Assembly: GCF_030013205.1 (NCBI RefSeq)
Contig: NZ_CP122648.1
Strand: one strand, 5' to 3'
DNA length: 64,000 nt
DNA from: Escherichia coli
GTDB lineage: Bacteria; Pseudomonadota; Gammaproteobacteria; Enterobacterales; Enterobacteriaceae
Of this stretch, positions 20,006-30,886 are shown piece by piece. Every line of letters begins with the position of its first letter. Position 1 is the first letter of the stretch. The position numbers and the translations under genes are program-made. The notes below the pieces were generated by a model. That model was given only the letters and a program-made list of their open reading frames with translations. It had not been told where the DNA came from and did not search any database.

Positions 20006-21052
20006 ATGGAGTTTTTCAAAAAGACGGCACTTGCCGCACTGGTTATGGGTTTTAGTGGTGCAGCATTGGCATTACCCAATATCACCATTTTAGCAACCGG
20101 CGGGACCATTGCCGGTGGTGGTGACTCCGCAACCAAATCTAACTACACAGCGGGTAAAGTTGGCGTAGAAAATCTGGTTAATGCGGTCCCGCAACTGAAG
20201 GACATTGCGAACGTTAAAGGCGAGCAGGTAGTGAATATCGGCTCCCAGGACATGAACGATAATGTCTGGCTGACACTGGCGAAAAAAATTAACACCGACT
20301 GCGATAAAACCGACGGCTTCGTCATTACTCACGGTACCGACACGATGGAAGAAACTGCTTACTTCCTCGACCTGACGGTGAAATGCGACAAACCGGTGGT
20401 GATGGTCGGCGCAATGCGCCCGTCCACGTCCATGAGCGCAGACGGTCCATTCAACCTGTATAACGCGGTAGTGACCGCAGCTGATAAAGCCTCTGCTAAT
20501 CGTGGCGTGCTGGTAGTGATGAACGACACCGTACTGGACGGTCGCGATGTCACCAAAACCAATACCACCGACGTAGCGACCTTCAAGTCTGTTAACTACG
20601 GTCCTCTGGGTTACATTCACAACGGTAAGATTGACTACCAACGTACCCCGGCACGTAAGCACACCAGCGACACGCCGTTCGATGTCTCTAAGCTGAATGA
20701 ACTGCCGAAAGTCGGCATTGTTTATAACTACGCTAACGCATCCGATCTTCCGGCTAAAGCACTGGTAGATGCGGGCTATGATGGCATCGTTAGCGCTGGT
20801 GTGGGTAACGGCAACCTGTATAAAACCGTGTTCGACACCCTGGCAACCGCCGCGAAAAACGGCACTGCAGTCGTGCGTTCTTCCCGCGTACCGACGGGCG
20901 CTACCACTCAGGATGCTGAAGTGGATGATGCGAAATACGGCTTTGTGGCCTCCGGTACACTGAACCCGCAAAAAGCGCGCGTCCTACTGCAGCTGGCTCT
21001 GACACAAACCAAAGATCCGCAGCAGATCCAGCAGATCTTCAATCAGTACTAA
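20006..21052 (+). CDS. ansB: L-asparaginase II (periplasmic)
   Basis: 348-aa ORF with signal peptide and TGGTIAG threonine active-site motif; matches AnsB. Confidence 0.95.
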   Translation: MEFFKKTALAALVMGFSGAALALPNITILATGGTIAGGGDSATKSNYTAGKVGVENLVNAVPQLKDIANVKGEQVVNIGSQDMNDNVWLTLAKKINTDCDKTDGFVITHGTDTMEETAYFLDLTVKCDKPVVMVGAMRPSTSMSADGPFNLYNAVVTAADKASANRGVLVVMNDTVLDGRDVTKTNTTDVATFKSVNYGPLGYIHNGKIDYQRTPARKHTSDTPFDVSKLNELPKVGIVYNYANASDLPAKALVDAGYDGIVSAGVGNGNLYKTVFDTLATAAKNGTAVVRSSRVPTGATTQDAEVDDAKYGFVASGTLNPQKARVLLQLALTQTKDPQQIQQIFNQY

Positions 21053-21059
21053 TCACCTC

Positions 21060-21086
21060 GCCCCGGTATCGTGCCGGGGCTTTTTC
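21060..21086 (+). terminator. intrinsic terminator after ansB
   Basis: GCCCCGG-loop-CCGGGGC followed by TTTTT. Confidence 0.75.
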
Positions 21087-21168
21087 ACTTCAGACTTACG
21101 TCCATTGCCAATTTTCATTACCCTAATGATAATCACCGGAATAAATTATTCCGCGTGAGGGTTTTCGG

Positions 21169-22176
21169 GTGAAAAAGCAATGGATTGTTGGCACGGCGCT
21201 GCTTATGTTGATGACTGGTAATGTCTGGGCAGATGGCGAACCGCCAACTGAAAATATCTTAAAAGATCAATTCAAAAAGCAGTATCACGGCATTCTCAAG
21301 CTTGATGCTATCAGCTTAAAAAATCTTGATGCTAAGGGTAATCAGGCCACCTGGTCAGCGGAAGGCGATGTCTCTTCCAGTGACGATCTCTATACCTGGG
21401 TCGGTCAGTTGGCAGATTACGAACTGCTCGAACAGACCTGGACGAAAGATAAACCGGTAAAATTTTCGGCGATGTTAACCAGTAAAGGAACGCCCGCGTC
21501 TGGCTGGTCGGTGAACTTTTACTCTTTTCAGGCGGCAGCCAGCGATCGTGGGCGGGTGGTCGACGATATCAAAACGAATAATAAATATCTGATCGTGAAT
21601 AGCGAAGATTTCAATTATCGCTTTAGTCAGCTTGAATCAGCGTTGAATACCCAGAAGAACTCGATTCCTGCGCTGGAAAAGGAAGTGAAAGCGCTTGATA
21701 AGCAAATGGTGGCGGCGCAGAAAGCAGCGGATGCATATTGGGGAAAAGATGCAAACGGTAAGCAAATGACCCGCGAAGACGCCTTTAAAAAAATTCACCA
21801 ACAGCGTGATGAGTTTAATAAACAGAACGATAGCGAGGCTTTCGCGGTTAAATATGACAAAGAGGTTTATCAACCGGCGATTGCGGCATGTCATAAACAG
21901 AGTGAAGAGTGTTATGAAGTGCCGATTCAGCAGAAGCGAGATTTCGATATCAACGAACAACGGCGACAGACTTTTCTGCAATCACAAAAACTTAGCCGTA
22001 AATTGCAGGATGACTGGATAACGCTCGAAAAAGGGCAATATCCGTTAACGATGAAAGTTTCAGAAATAAACAGTAAAAAAGTCGCTATTTTGATGAAAAT
22101 TGATGATATCAACCAGGCTAATGAACGCTGGAAAAAAGATACCGAACAATTGCGGCGCAATGGAGTGATTAAGTAA
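21169..22176 (+). CDS. yggM: DUF1202 protein YggM
   Basis: 335-aa ORF with signal peptide; apparent GTG start. Confidence 0.85.
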   Translation: MKKQWIVGTALLMLMTGNVWADGEPPTENILKDQFKKQYHGILKLDAISLKNLDAKGNQATWSAEGDVSSSDDLYTWVGQLADYELLEQTWTKDKPVKFSAMLTSKGTPASGWSVNFYSFQAAASDRGRVVDDIKTNNKYLIVNSEDFNYRFSQLESALNTQKNSIPALEKEVKALDKQMVAAQKAADAYWGKDANGKQMTREDAFKKIHQQRDEFNKQNDSEAFAVKYDKEVYQPAIAACHKQSEECYEVPIQQKRDFDINEQRRQTFLQSQKLSRKLQDDWITLEKGQYPLTMKVSEINSKKVAILMKIDDINQANERWKKDTEQLRRNGVIK

Positions 22177-22191
22177 CTCATGTTAAGTACC

Positions 22192-22234
22192 TTTGCCGGA
22201 TAATATAAAAAGTTATCCGGCAAATTATTTTTTA
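22192..22234. terminator. terminator after yggM, overlapping the stop of the convergent TRAP permease gene
   Basis: TTTGCCGGATAA...TTATCCGGCAAA stem followed by TTATTTTTT. Confidence 0.7.
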
Positions 22235-23533
22235 CATTAGCCCTAGTAGCTGTGGAATGAACAAGGATATTTGCGGGATGTAAGTGATCATCATCAACGC
22301 GATTAACAATGCGGCATAAAATGGCAGCAATGGTTTGATCAAATGTTGAATCTTCACACCTGAAATAGAACAACCAACAAATAGCGCACTACCCACCGGC
22401 GGTGTTAACAGCCCAATACAAAGGTTAGCCACCATCATAATACCGAAATGTACCGGATCCATTCCCAGCTCTTGTGCAATCGGCAAGAAGATTGGTGTGA
22501 AGATTAGTACAGCCGGTGTCATGTCCATAAAGATGCCGACAATTAATAAGACGATATTAATCAGCAGCAATATGATCAGTGGGTTATCAGAAATCCCCAT
22601 CAATGCGTCGCTGATCATATAAGGAATATCAGCATTGGTCATTGCCCAGGACATGCCCACGGAAAAACCGATCAACAGTAATACAATCGAAGTGGTAACA
22701 ACCGATTCCAGAATCAGTTTGGGTAAATCGCGCCATTTTACTTCCCGGTAAATCAGCACCGAGAGAATAAATGTGTAGACAACGGCAATTGCTGACGCTT
22801 CAGTTGCGGTAAAAATGCCGCCCAGAATGCCGCCCATTACAATGAACACCAGAAGCAAACTTGGTAAGGCATCCAGAAAAGCTTTACATGCCTGAGCAAA
22901 GGTTGCTCTTTCTGAAAGTGGGTAGCCACGGCGTTTAGCAATAATGCCGCAGACTATCATTACCGCGAGACCCATTAAGATCCCTGGCAAATATCCCGCC
23001 ATAAATAACGATGCTACAGAAACGCCGCCAGCTGTCAGGGAAAACACAATTAACACGTTTGAGGGCGGTATCAGTAATCCAGTAATACAAGATGAGACGT
23101 TTACAGCGGTAGAAAATGCCGGATCATAACCTTCTTTGGTCTGAATGGGATTCAGTGTGCCACCAACGGCAGCAGCTGCCGCAACGGCTGAACCAGAAAT
23201 GGAACCAAACATCATATTCGCCAGGACGTTCACATGACCAAGCGAACCAGGAACGCGGCCAACCATTACCTGGGCGAGGTTAATCAAACGTATCGCAATA
23301 CCGCCGCTGTTCATCAGCGTTCCGGCAAAGATGAAAAAGGGGATTGCCAATAGGGCAAAGTTATCCAGTCCATTAGCCAGTCGCTGCGAAACAGTGATTG
23401 CCGCGATATCCCAGGGAAACATCAACAGCATTGAAGCTACAGTGGCAATACCGATTGAGAACGAAATGGGCACACCAATAAAGACCAGCACAAAAAAACA
23501 GCCAAACAGTGTAAGCGCGATATAACTATCCAT
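22232..23533 (-). CDS. TRAP transporter large permease (DctM family)
   Basis: 433-aa polytopic ORF; start overlaps the DctQ-like stop. Confidence 0.85.
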   Translation of the reverse strand: MDSYIALTLFGCFFVLVFIGVPISFSIGIATVASMLLMFPWDIAAITVSQRLANGLDNFALLAIPFFIFAGTLMNSGGIAIRLINLAQVMVGRVPGSLGHVNVLANMMFGSISGSAVAAAAAVGGTLNPIQTKEGYDPAFSTAVNVSSCITGLLIPPSNVLIVFSLTAGGVSVASLFMAGYLPGILMGLAVMIVCGIIAKRRGYPLSERATFAQACKAFLDALPSLLLVFIVMGGILGGIFTATEASAIAVVYTFILSVLIYREVKWRDLPKLILESVVTTSIVLLLIGFSVGMSWAMTNADIPYMISDALMGISDNPLIILLLINIVLLIVGIFMDMTPAVLIFTPIFLPIAQELGMDPVHFGIMMVANLCIGLLTPPVGSALFVGCSISGVKIQHLIKPLLPFYAALLIALMMITYIPQISLFIPQLLGLM

Positions 23534-24045
23534 TAACTGGCCTCCTGCGCAGGTTGTTTCAGTTGTTGAATGCTTTGATTAATAAAACACAAGGCATAAA
23601 ACATCATCACCAATCCACTTAATGGCAGAATGATATATACGTATCCCATCGGTATTTGCATCGCGGCAGATACCTGTGATGTTGCCAGTGTTTTATCAAT
23701 TAATTTCAGGCCACCAGTCACAATGACCGAACCGGCAAAACCTAAAATAAGAACGTTAATGACTATACTAAGAAGTAATTGCTTGCGCTTATTCAGGGCG
23801 AGAGCAAATAAATCGATAGAGAGATGTCTCTGCGCGCCGACGGTATATGCAGCACCTAATAATCCTACCCAGATCATCAAAAAGCGTGCCAGTTCATCGG
23901 TTAATGTACTTGGCTGGTTAAGTACGTAGCGGCTAAATACTTGCCAGACTACGCATACAACCAGAGCAAGCATTACGGCGACAGAAAACGCGGCAATGAC
24001 GCGGTCTACCGCAAGTTTCAGGCGGTTAAATATCATTGTAAGCAT
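23533..24045 (-). CDS. TRAP transporter small permease (DctQ family)
   Basis: 170-aa four-helix membrane ORF between the binding-protein and DctM genes. Confidence 0.8.
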   Translation of the reverse strand: MLTMIFNRLKLAVDRVIAAFSVAVMLALVVCVVWQVFSRYVLNQPSTLTDELARFLMIWVGLLGAAYTVGAQRHLSIDLFALALNKRKQLLLSIVINVLILGFAGSVIVTGGLKLIDKTLATSQVSAAMQIPMGYVYIILPLSGLVMMFYALCFINQSIQQLKQPAQEAS

Positions 24046-24080
24046 CCTGGAAAATCAGGGCCAGAGACTGGCCCGAAATA

Positions 24081-25067
24081 TTATTGAGCAGCGTTGTCGA
24101 ATTTCTCTAACAAAGCAGCTTGTTTTGGATCTTTTTTGAAGTCGTCAAACAGAGGTTGAACTGCGGCACGGAATGGGGCTTTATCAACCTTAACGATTTC
24201 ACCACCCATAGCTTTCGCCTGAGCACGTGTGTCAGCGTCAATTTTTTCCCACAATTTTTGTTGATAAGCTTCGGATTTCTTCGCCGCTGTTTCGAGGATT
24301 TGTTGCTGTTCTGGGGTTAATTTATTCCATGTTTTAGTGGAGATAACCAAAAAGTCAGGAATTGAGGCATGTTCATCTTCAGAAAAGACTTTGGCAATTT
24401 CGATATGTCGAGTCTGCACCCAGGAAGGCACGTTATTTTCTGCGCCATCTACTACACCTTGTTGCATCGCAGTATAAACTTCGCCAAATGAAATTGGAGT
24501 GGGTGAGCCACCCATCAGTTCAATCATTTTGATGGTGGTCGGGCTTGGCTGAACACGAATTTTCAGCCCTTTAAGATCTTCTGGCTTAGTAATCGGTTTT
24601 TTCGCATAGAAACTGCGAGTACCCGCTACATAAGCTGATAAAGCAAAAAAGCCTTTATCTTTTGTTGAATCCATAATTTCTTTACCAACTTCACCAAAAA
24701 CCACTTTGTTGAAGTGCGCCTGATCTTTAAATAAGAACGGCAAATTATAGATAGCATAAATATTATCAAAAGACTCCAGATCACTGGCGGAACCTTTGGT
24801 CATATCCAGTGCACCATTTTGCAACAACTCCATAGTTTCTCGCGCATTACCCATCTGGCTGCTGGGGTAAATACGGATCACCATATTACCTTTTGACAGC
24901 TGTTTTACTTCTTTCGCCAGCTCTTCAAAACTCTGATGTACAACATGACTTCTTTCCAGGTTGTGTGCTAACTTTAACGTCACTTTTTCTGCGGCGTTTA
25001 CGCCAGTGCTAACCAGAGCCAGCAAGGATGCGCAGACTAATGAGCGGGTAAATGACCTCATTTTCAT
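24081..25067 (-). CDS. TRAP transporter substrate-binding protein (DctP family)
   Basis: 328-aa ORF with signal peptide (MKMRSFTRSLVCASLLALVSTGVNA), first gene of a P-Q-M operon. Confidence 0.85.
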   Translation of the reverse strand: MKMRSFTRSLVCASLLALVSTGVNAAEKVTLKLAHNLERSHVVHQSFEELAKEVKQLSKGNMVIRIYPSSQMGNARETMELLQNGALDMTKGSASDLESFDNIYAIYNLPFLFKDQAHFNKVVFGEVGKEIMDSTKDKGFFALSAYVAGTRSFYAKKPITKPEDLKGLKIRVQPSPTTIKMIELMGGSPTPISFGEVYTAMQQGVVDGAENNVPSWVQTRHIEIAKVFSEDEHASIPDFLVISTKTWNKLTPEQQQILETAAKKSEAYQQKLWEKIDADTRAQAKAMGGEIVKVDKAPFRAAVQPLFDDFKKDPKQAALLEKFDNAAQ

Positions 25068-25352
25068 AAAAAAACTCCCTGTTGAAGAATGGAAATTGGT
25101 TGATATCTAATTGTGCTTATCAGTGCTTTGTGCGACAAATTGGTTAACCTGTCTGACAACTTGTCTATGTTTATCACAACTTGAAATAAAGTCAGAAATT
25201 AAATATTAATTTTGTGCGCCAGGTTGTACATGTTTATAATCAATAAATGATGAGTAAATATTCACTAAATATATATAATAAATATCGTCGATATTTATTC
25301 AGTAAGAAATATATTTTTGCCGAAGTTAATTAACGGGGGGGTAAAAGAAGTG

Positions 25353-25378
25353 ATTAATGCGCCCGCAGGCGCATTAAT
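25353..25378 (-). terminator. perfect hairpin immediately downstream of the hemW stop
   Basis: ATTAATGCGCC-cgca-GGCGCATTAAT, 11-bp perfect stem; only a weak U-tract follows. Confidence 0.45.
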
Positions 25379-25380
25379 GA

Positions 25381-26517
25381 TTACTCAGCGAGGAATAATT
25401 CAAGAAGTGAGTTTAAGAATAATTTACCATGCTCGGTTATCTGCCAGTAATCCGCACATTTTGTGAGATAACCCTGAGCGATAGCCTCGTCTAACTGTGG
25501 GCGAATAACTTCTTCAGAAAGGCCAGTATACTGGCTAAACTCTACGCGCGGCGCGGCTTCCAGCAGACGGAAGCGATTCATAAAGAACTCAAACGGTTTA
25601 TCTGCAGCTTCGACATCACGCTGGCTTTCCAGATACCTTCCTTGCATAAAACCACGCGGATGACGCGTTTTGGTGGTACGCAGAATGCGACCATCCGGGA
25701 AGGTGACTTTGCCGTGCGCGCCGCAGCCAATACCGATGTAGTCGCCAAATCGCCAGTAGTTGAGATTGTGCTGGCACTGATAACCGGGTTTGGCGTAAGC
25801 GGATGTTTCATACTGCTGATAGCCCGCTGCGGTTAATAACTGATGCCCCTGTTCGAATATATCCCACAACGCATCGTCGTCCGGCAGCACCGGCGGGCGA
25901 GAGCCAAACAGCGTATTAGGTTCGATGGTCAGTTGATACCAGGAAAGATGCGGCGGATTCAGTTCAATAGCCTGGCGCAGATCGCCTAGCGCCTCTTCCA
26001 GTGATTGATCCGGCAGCCCATGCATCAAATCAAGGTTAAAGCTACGTAACCCTAAACCGCTCGCCAGCTTCGCAGCTCGTTTCGCTTCTTGCGGGCCATG
26101 AATGCGCCCAAGTCGTTTCAGCTTTTCTTCACTAAAACTCTGCACACCAATAGAGATGCGGTTCACACCAGCACGCTGATAATCGACAAAGCGATCGGCT
26201 TCAACCGTACCAGGGTTCGCTTCCATAGTAATTTCTGCATCCGCTGCCAGCGGCAAACGCGCACGCACGCCGTCCAGCAGCGTTTGCATCGCCGGGCCGG
26301 AAAGCAGGCTCGGCGTACCACCGCCAATAAAGATTGTCTGCACTTCACGGCCCTGAGCGTAAGCCACATCGTTGTCCAGATCGTTAAGCAGATGCTGAAC
26401 ATAATCGTCGTGCGGCACTTCTCCTTTCAACGCGTGAGAGTTGAAATCGCAGTACGGGCATTTCTGCACGCACCACGGGATGTGAATGTAGAGACTCAGC
26501 GGCGGTAATTTAACCAT
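25381..26517 (-). CDS. hemW: radical-SAM heme chaperone HemW (YggW)
   Basis: 378-aa ORF with CxxxCxYC radical-SAM motif ([14 protein letters not shown]). Confidence 0.9.
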   Translation of the reverse strand: MVKLPPLSLYIHIPWCVQKCPYCDFNSHALKGEVPHDDYVQHLLNDLDNDVAYAQGREVQTIFIGGGTPSLLSGPAMQTLLDGVRARLPLAADAEITMEANPGTVEADRFVDYQRAGVNRISIGVQSFSEEKLKRLGRIHGPQEAKRAAKLASGLGLRSFNLDLMHGLPDQSLEEALGDLRQAIELNPPHLSWYQLTIEPNTLFGSRPPVLPDDDALWDIFEQGHQLLTAAGYQQYETSAYAKPGYQCQHNLNYWRFGDYIGIGCGAHGKVTFPDGRILRTTKTRHPRGFMQGRYLESQRDVEAADKPFEFFMNRFRLLEAAPRVEFSQYTGLSEEVIRPQLDEAIAQGYLTKCADYWQITEHGKLFLNSLLELFLAE

Positions 26518-27103
26518 TACGTAAAGCGTCCAGCAGCAGTTTCAATGCCTGACCACGGTGGGAAATGGCGCTCTTTTCTTCGCGGGTCAGTTCGGCAGCG
26601 GTTTTCCCTTCGGAAGGTACGAAGAAGATTGGATCATAACCAAAGCCGCCAGTGCCCGCTGGTTCACGAGTAATCACACCCGGCCAGCTGCCGTGGCACA
26701 CCAGCGGAGTGGGATCTTCCGCGTGACGCAGATATACCAGCACGCAGTGGAAACGTGCCTGACGTTGGTCGTCCGGTACGTCTTTCAGTGTTTCCAGCAA
26801 TTTTTGCAGGTTCTTTTGATCGGTCGCGTCTTCACCGGAATAACGCGCGGAGTAAATGCCCGGCGCACCACCCAGCACATCTACCGCCAGACCGGAGTCG
26901 TCGGCAATTGCCGGTAAACCGGTCACTTTTGCCGCATGGCGCGCTTTCAGAATCGCGTTTTCGATAAAGGTCAGGCCGGTTTCTTCAGCGGAATCTACGC
27001 CGAGGTCTGTTTGGGCCACGATATCAAGACCGAAGTCGCTAAGCAGCGACGCCAGCTCACGCACTTTACCGGCATTGCCGGTTGCGAGGACAACTTTTTG
27101 CAT
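26510..27103 (-). CDS. rdgB: dITP/XTP pyrophosphatase RdgB
   Basis: 197 aa from [21 protein letters not shown]; six-frame ORF trimmed by 32 aa. Confidence 0.9.
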   Translation of the reverse strand: MQKVVLATGNAGKVRELASLLSDFGLDIVAQTDLGVDSAEETGLTFIENAILKARHAAKVTGLPAIADDSGLAVDVLGGAPGIYSARYSGEDATDQKNLQKLLETLKDVPDDQRQARFHCVLVYLRHAEDPTPLVCHGSWPGVITREPAGTGGFGYDPIFFVPSEGKTAAELTREEKSAISHRGQALKLLLDALRNG

Positions 27104-27110
27104 AGGATAC

Positions 27111-27413
27111 CTAATTAAGTAACGCCGCGATTTCTGGCGGGATTTGTTGCGGATTAATGATTTTAATTTGTTTGTGGCGGCCAAGTTCGCCTTTTTCAAT
27201 CACCACCTGGCTTTTGGCAACCCGGAATTGCTTACCGAGAAACTTCACCAGATGACTGTTGGCCTGGCCGTCAACCGGCGGCGCGGTAATGGCGACTTTA
27301 ACTTCGTCGCCATGTAAACCAACAATAGAATCACGACTGGCTTTCGGCTGAATATAGAGCCGTAAAACCAGACCGTCATCATTAACTGTTACGGCACTCA
27401 TAACGCCATCCAC
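27111..27413 (-). CDS. yggU: DUF167 protein YggU
   Basis: 100-aa ORF in the yggS-yggT-yggU-rdgB-hemW operon. Confidence 0.8.
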   Translation of the reverse strand: MDGVMSAVTVNDDGLVLRLYIQPKASRDSIVGLHGDEVKVAITAPPVDGQANSHLVKFLGKQFRVAKSQVVIEKGELGRHKQIKIINPQQIPPEIAALLN

Positions 27414-27964
27414 AGCCCCGGCAGCAGCATGTTTCCGGTTGCCTGTAATACTTCTGCGACACCCATATTGATGACATACAGCAGCAGAACGAGGATCATC
27501 GGCGAGAAATCAATCCCACCCATTGCCGGTAGCAGGCGGCGAATCGGGCGCAGCAGTGGATCGGCCAGCTGAATCAGCACGTATTCAATCGGGCTACGAC
27601 CCTGGCTTACCCAGCTCATAATCGCCATCACCAGCAGGACCCAGAAAATCAGCAGGCCGATGGTTTTCAGCAGAATCAATAAACCGGCAATCCAGATGAT
27701 TGGCAGGAAGGTCACCACTTTAAACAGCACGATGGCTTTAATGAAACTGAGAATGTACGCAACCAGCAGCGAGGCGCTGTCAATTGGCCCCATTGCCGGA
27801 ATAACGCGGCGCAGTGGCCCGATAATTGGCTGCGTTACCTTCACTACAAACTGTGAGAAGGGGTTGTAAAAATCACAATGAGCCCACTGCATCCAGATGC
27901 GTAATAACAGCACCATGGTATACAGCTCAATGACCGTTGAAAGCAGGAAAGTCAACGTATTCAT
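27398..27964 (-). CDS. yggT: YggT-family membrane protein
   Basis: 188-aa membrane ORF. Confidence 0.85.
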
Positions 27965-27981
27965 GGCGTTCCTTTAATTCC

Positions 27982-28686
27982 TTATTTTTTAGAGTAATCA
28001 CGCGCACCAAAAATTGCAGTGCCGATACGAACCATCGTGCTACCTGCCGCAATGGCGGCTTCCATATCGTCCGACATTCCCAGAGAGAGCGTGTCGATAT
28101 GCGGGTAGCGCGTTTTCAGTCCGGCAAATGCTACAGCCATTTGGCGTGCAACTTCAAACTGCCTTACATATTCTGACTCAGGCGCAGGGATTGCCATCAG
28201 CCCGCGCAGACGTAAACGCGGTAGTTCAGCGACCGCAGCTGCCAGCTCGTCCAGTTCAGCCAGTTGAATCCCGGACTTACTGTTTTCATCACTAATGTTA
28301 ATTTGAATCAGTACGTTAAGAGGGGGAAGTTCTGCCGGGCGCTGGTCGTTCAGGCGGGTAGCGATGCGCAAACGGTCGATGGTATGACACCAGTCGAAAT
28401 GCTCTGCCACCAGGCGGCTTTTATTAGACTGCAACGGGCCAATAAAATGCCATTCTAATCCTGTTACGCCCAGTTCCTGAAAGTGGCGAATTTTATCTAC
28501 CCCTTCCTGAACGTAGTTTTCACCAAATTGACGCTGCCCGGCATCAATGGCTTCTGCGATGGCGCTCGCAGGTTTTGTTTTACTGACTGCAAGCAGCGTA
28601 ATTTCTTCTGGAGAACGGCCGCAACGCGTTGCAGCCGCTGAGATTTTGTCCCGGACCTGTGCCAGGTTATGCGCAATATCGTTCAT
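27982..28686 (-). CDS. yggS: PLP-homeostasis protein YggS
   Basis: 234-aa ORF MNDIAHNLAQVRDKISAAA; alanine-racemase-fold family. Confidence 0.9.
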   Translation of the reverse strand: MNDIAHNLAQVRDKISAAATRCGRSPEEITLLAVSKTKPASAIAEAIDAGQRQFGENYVQEGVDKIRHFQELGVTGLEWHFIGPLQSNKSRLVAEHFDWCHTIDRLRIATRLNDQRPAELPPLNVLIQINISDENSKSGIQLAELDELAAAVAELPRLRLRGLMAIPAPESEYVRQFEVARQMAVAFAGLKTRYPHIDTLSLGMSDDMEAAIAAGSTMVRIGTAIFGARDYSKK

Positions 28687-28703
28687 TTTCCGAGGATCTT
28701 AGT

Positions 28704-29684
28704 ATGAATATGGAAGAAATTGTGGCCCTTAGTGTAAAGCATAACGTCTCGGATCTACACCTGTGCAGCGCCTGGCCCGCACGATGGCGTATTCGCGGGC
28801 GAATGGAAGCTGCGCCGTTTGATGCGCCGGACGTCGAAGAGCTACTGCGGGAGTGGCTGGATGACGATCAGCGGACAATATTGCTGGAGAATGGTCAGTT
28901 GGATTTTGCTGTGTCGCTGGCGGAAAACCAGCGGTTGCGTGGCAGTGCGTTCGCGCAACGGCAAGGTATTTCTCTGGCATTACGGTTGTTACCTTCGCAC
29001 TGTCCACAGCTCGAACAGCTTGGTGCGCCACCGGTATTGCCGGAATTACTCAAGAGCGAGAATGGCCTGATTCTGGTGACGGGGGCGACGGGGAGCGGCA
29101 AATCTACCACGCTGGCGGCGATGGTTGGCTATCTCAATCAACATGCCGATGCGCATATTCTGACGCTGGAAGATCCTGTTGAATATCTCTATGCCAGCCA
29201 GCGATGTTTGATCCAGCAGCGGGAAATTGGTTTGCACTGTATGACGTTCGCATCGGGATTGCGGGCCGCATTGCGGGAAGATCCCGATGTGATTTTGCTG
29301 GGAGAGCTGCGTGACAGCGAAACGATACGTCTGGCGCTGACGGCGGCAGAAACCGGACACCTGGTGCTGGCAACTTTACATACGCGTGGTGCGGCGCAGG
29401 CAGTTGAGCGACTGGTGGATTCATTTCCTGCGCAGGAAAAAGATCCCGTGCGTAATCAACTGGCAGGTAGTTTACGGGCGGTGTTGTCACAAAAGCTGGA
29501 AGTGGATAAACAGGAAGGACGCGTGGCGCTGTTTGAATTGCTGGTTAACACTCCCGCGGTGGGGAATTTGATTCGCGAAGGGAAAACCCACCAGTTACCG
29601 CATGTTATTCAAACCGGGCAGCAGGTGGGGATGTTAACGTTTCAGCAGAGTTATCAGCAGCGGGTGGGGGAAGGACGTTTGTGA
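28704..29684 (+). CDS. yggR: PilT-like type IV pilus retraction ATPase
   Basis: 326 aa from MNMEEIVALSVKH with Walker A GATGSGKST; six-frame ORF trimmed by 25 aa; divergent from yggS. Confidence 0.85.
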   Translation: MNMEEIVALSVKHNVSDLHLCSAWPARWRIRGRMEAAPFDAPDVEELLREWLDDDQRTILLENGQLDFAVSLAENQRLRGSAFAQRQGISLALRLLPSHCPQLEQLGAPPVLPELLKSENGLILVTGATGSGKSTTLAAMVGYLNQHADAHILTLEDPVEYLYASQRCLIQQREIGLHCMTFASGLRAALREDPDVILLGELRDSETIRLALTAAETGHLVLATLHTRGAAQAVERLVDSFPAQEKDPVRNQLAGSLRAVLSQKLEVDKQEGRVALFELLVNTPAVGNLIREGKTHQLPHVIQTGQQVGMLTFQQSYQQRVGEGRL

Positions 29685-29714
29685 GGCTAAAGTGATTGAT
29701 TAGCTTCGTAAATA

Positions 29715-29780
29715 TGCCTGATGCGCTACGCTTATCAGGCTTACAAATGTAGTCATTCACGCCGCATCCGGCAATAAGGA
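29715..29780. repeat. REP (repetitive extragenic palindrome) cluster
   Basis: TGCCTGATGCGCTACGCTTATCAGGC and CGCCGCATCCGGCAATAAGG match the E. coli REP consensus. Confidence 0.55.
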
Positions 29781-29798
29781 GCGATGACGTAAATCGCC

Positions 29799-30215
29799 TT
29801 AATATCCCTGCTCGAAATAACTTTCGAGAATGATAACCGCAGAGGCAGAGTCAACTTTGCCTTTGTTGAGCGCCCGATAGCCGCCCTGTTCAAACAGACC
29901 GGAACGGGCTTCCACAGTGCTAAGACGCTCGTCATGGAGCTTTACTTCAACACCGAAACGACCATGAATACGGTTGGCAAATTTACGCGCTCTGGCGGTT
30001 AACGGCTGTTCGGTGCCGTCCATATTCAGCGGCAAACCGACGATGATTTCGTCCGGCTGCCACTCTTTCAGTAAACGCTCGATAATGTTCCAGTCCGGCG
30101 TACCGTCCTGCGCTTTAATTGCAGGCAAAGGACGAGCGGTGCCGGTAATGCGTTGGCCGACCGCTACGCCAATGCTTTTGGTGCCGAAGTCGAAGGCGAG
30201 TAAGGTTCCACTCAT
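29799..30215 (-). CDS. ruvX: Holliday-junction-resolvase-like nuclease RuvX (YqgF)
   Basis: 138 aa from [21 protein letters not shown]; six-frame ORF trimmed by 42 aa. Confidence 0.85.
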
Positions 30216-30778
30216 CAGGCGTGTCCTGCCACACCAGGCATGGTGAGAATATCCACACCAATCAGTTTTGCCGCCTCGCGCCAGCGGTCGGCAATCGGCG
30301 TTTTGAACAGAATATTCAGATCCGCCGGGGCCGTTAGCCACGCGTTATCGAGAATTTCTTGTTCCAGTTGACCTTTCTCCCAGGAGGCATAGCCCAGAGC
30401 CACCAATACGTCAGACGGTTGTTTATCGGTGCCGAGCGTTTCCAGCACATCGCGGGAAGTGGTCATCACCGTGTTGTCTGAAATGCGAATGCTGGAAGCA
30501 AAATTAGAGGGCGGAGTATGCAAAATAAACCCGCGATCTTCAGCCAGCGGACCACCGAGCATAACCGGTTTATCCAGACGGATTGATTCATCACGCGGCT
30601 CCGGCGTGATCTTCAGCTTTTCCAGAATCCCTTCAATTTTGAGATTTTCCAGCGGCTTGTTGACGATGATCCCCATTGCACCATTGGTATTATGTTCGCA
30701 AATGTAGACCACGGAACGACGGAAAATCGGATCCTGGAGAGCAGGCATGGCAATAAGAAAGTGATGCTGTAAATTCAT
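30215..30778 (-). CDS. yqgE: YqgE/AlgH-family protein
   Basis: 187 aa from [17 protein letters not shown]; six-frame ORF trimmed by 24 aa. Confidence 0.85.
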
Positions 30779-30886
30779 TGTCAGAGGTTCTGTTTCCTGG
30801 TTCAAAAAAGCAACAGCGCCCAGTATGCGTGGAAAGAAGGGCGCTGTCACTCAGAGTCTCAACGAGATCCTTCTCGCTAAGGTGGG

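Noticed and set aside
20090-20971. 293-aa minus-strand ORF
   Set aside because: Antisense to ansB; shadow ORF.
25068-25352. AT-rich region upstream of the TRAP operon as a possible small gene or RNA
   Set aside because: No ORF and no clear structure; most simply the promoter region of the inserted operon.
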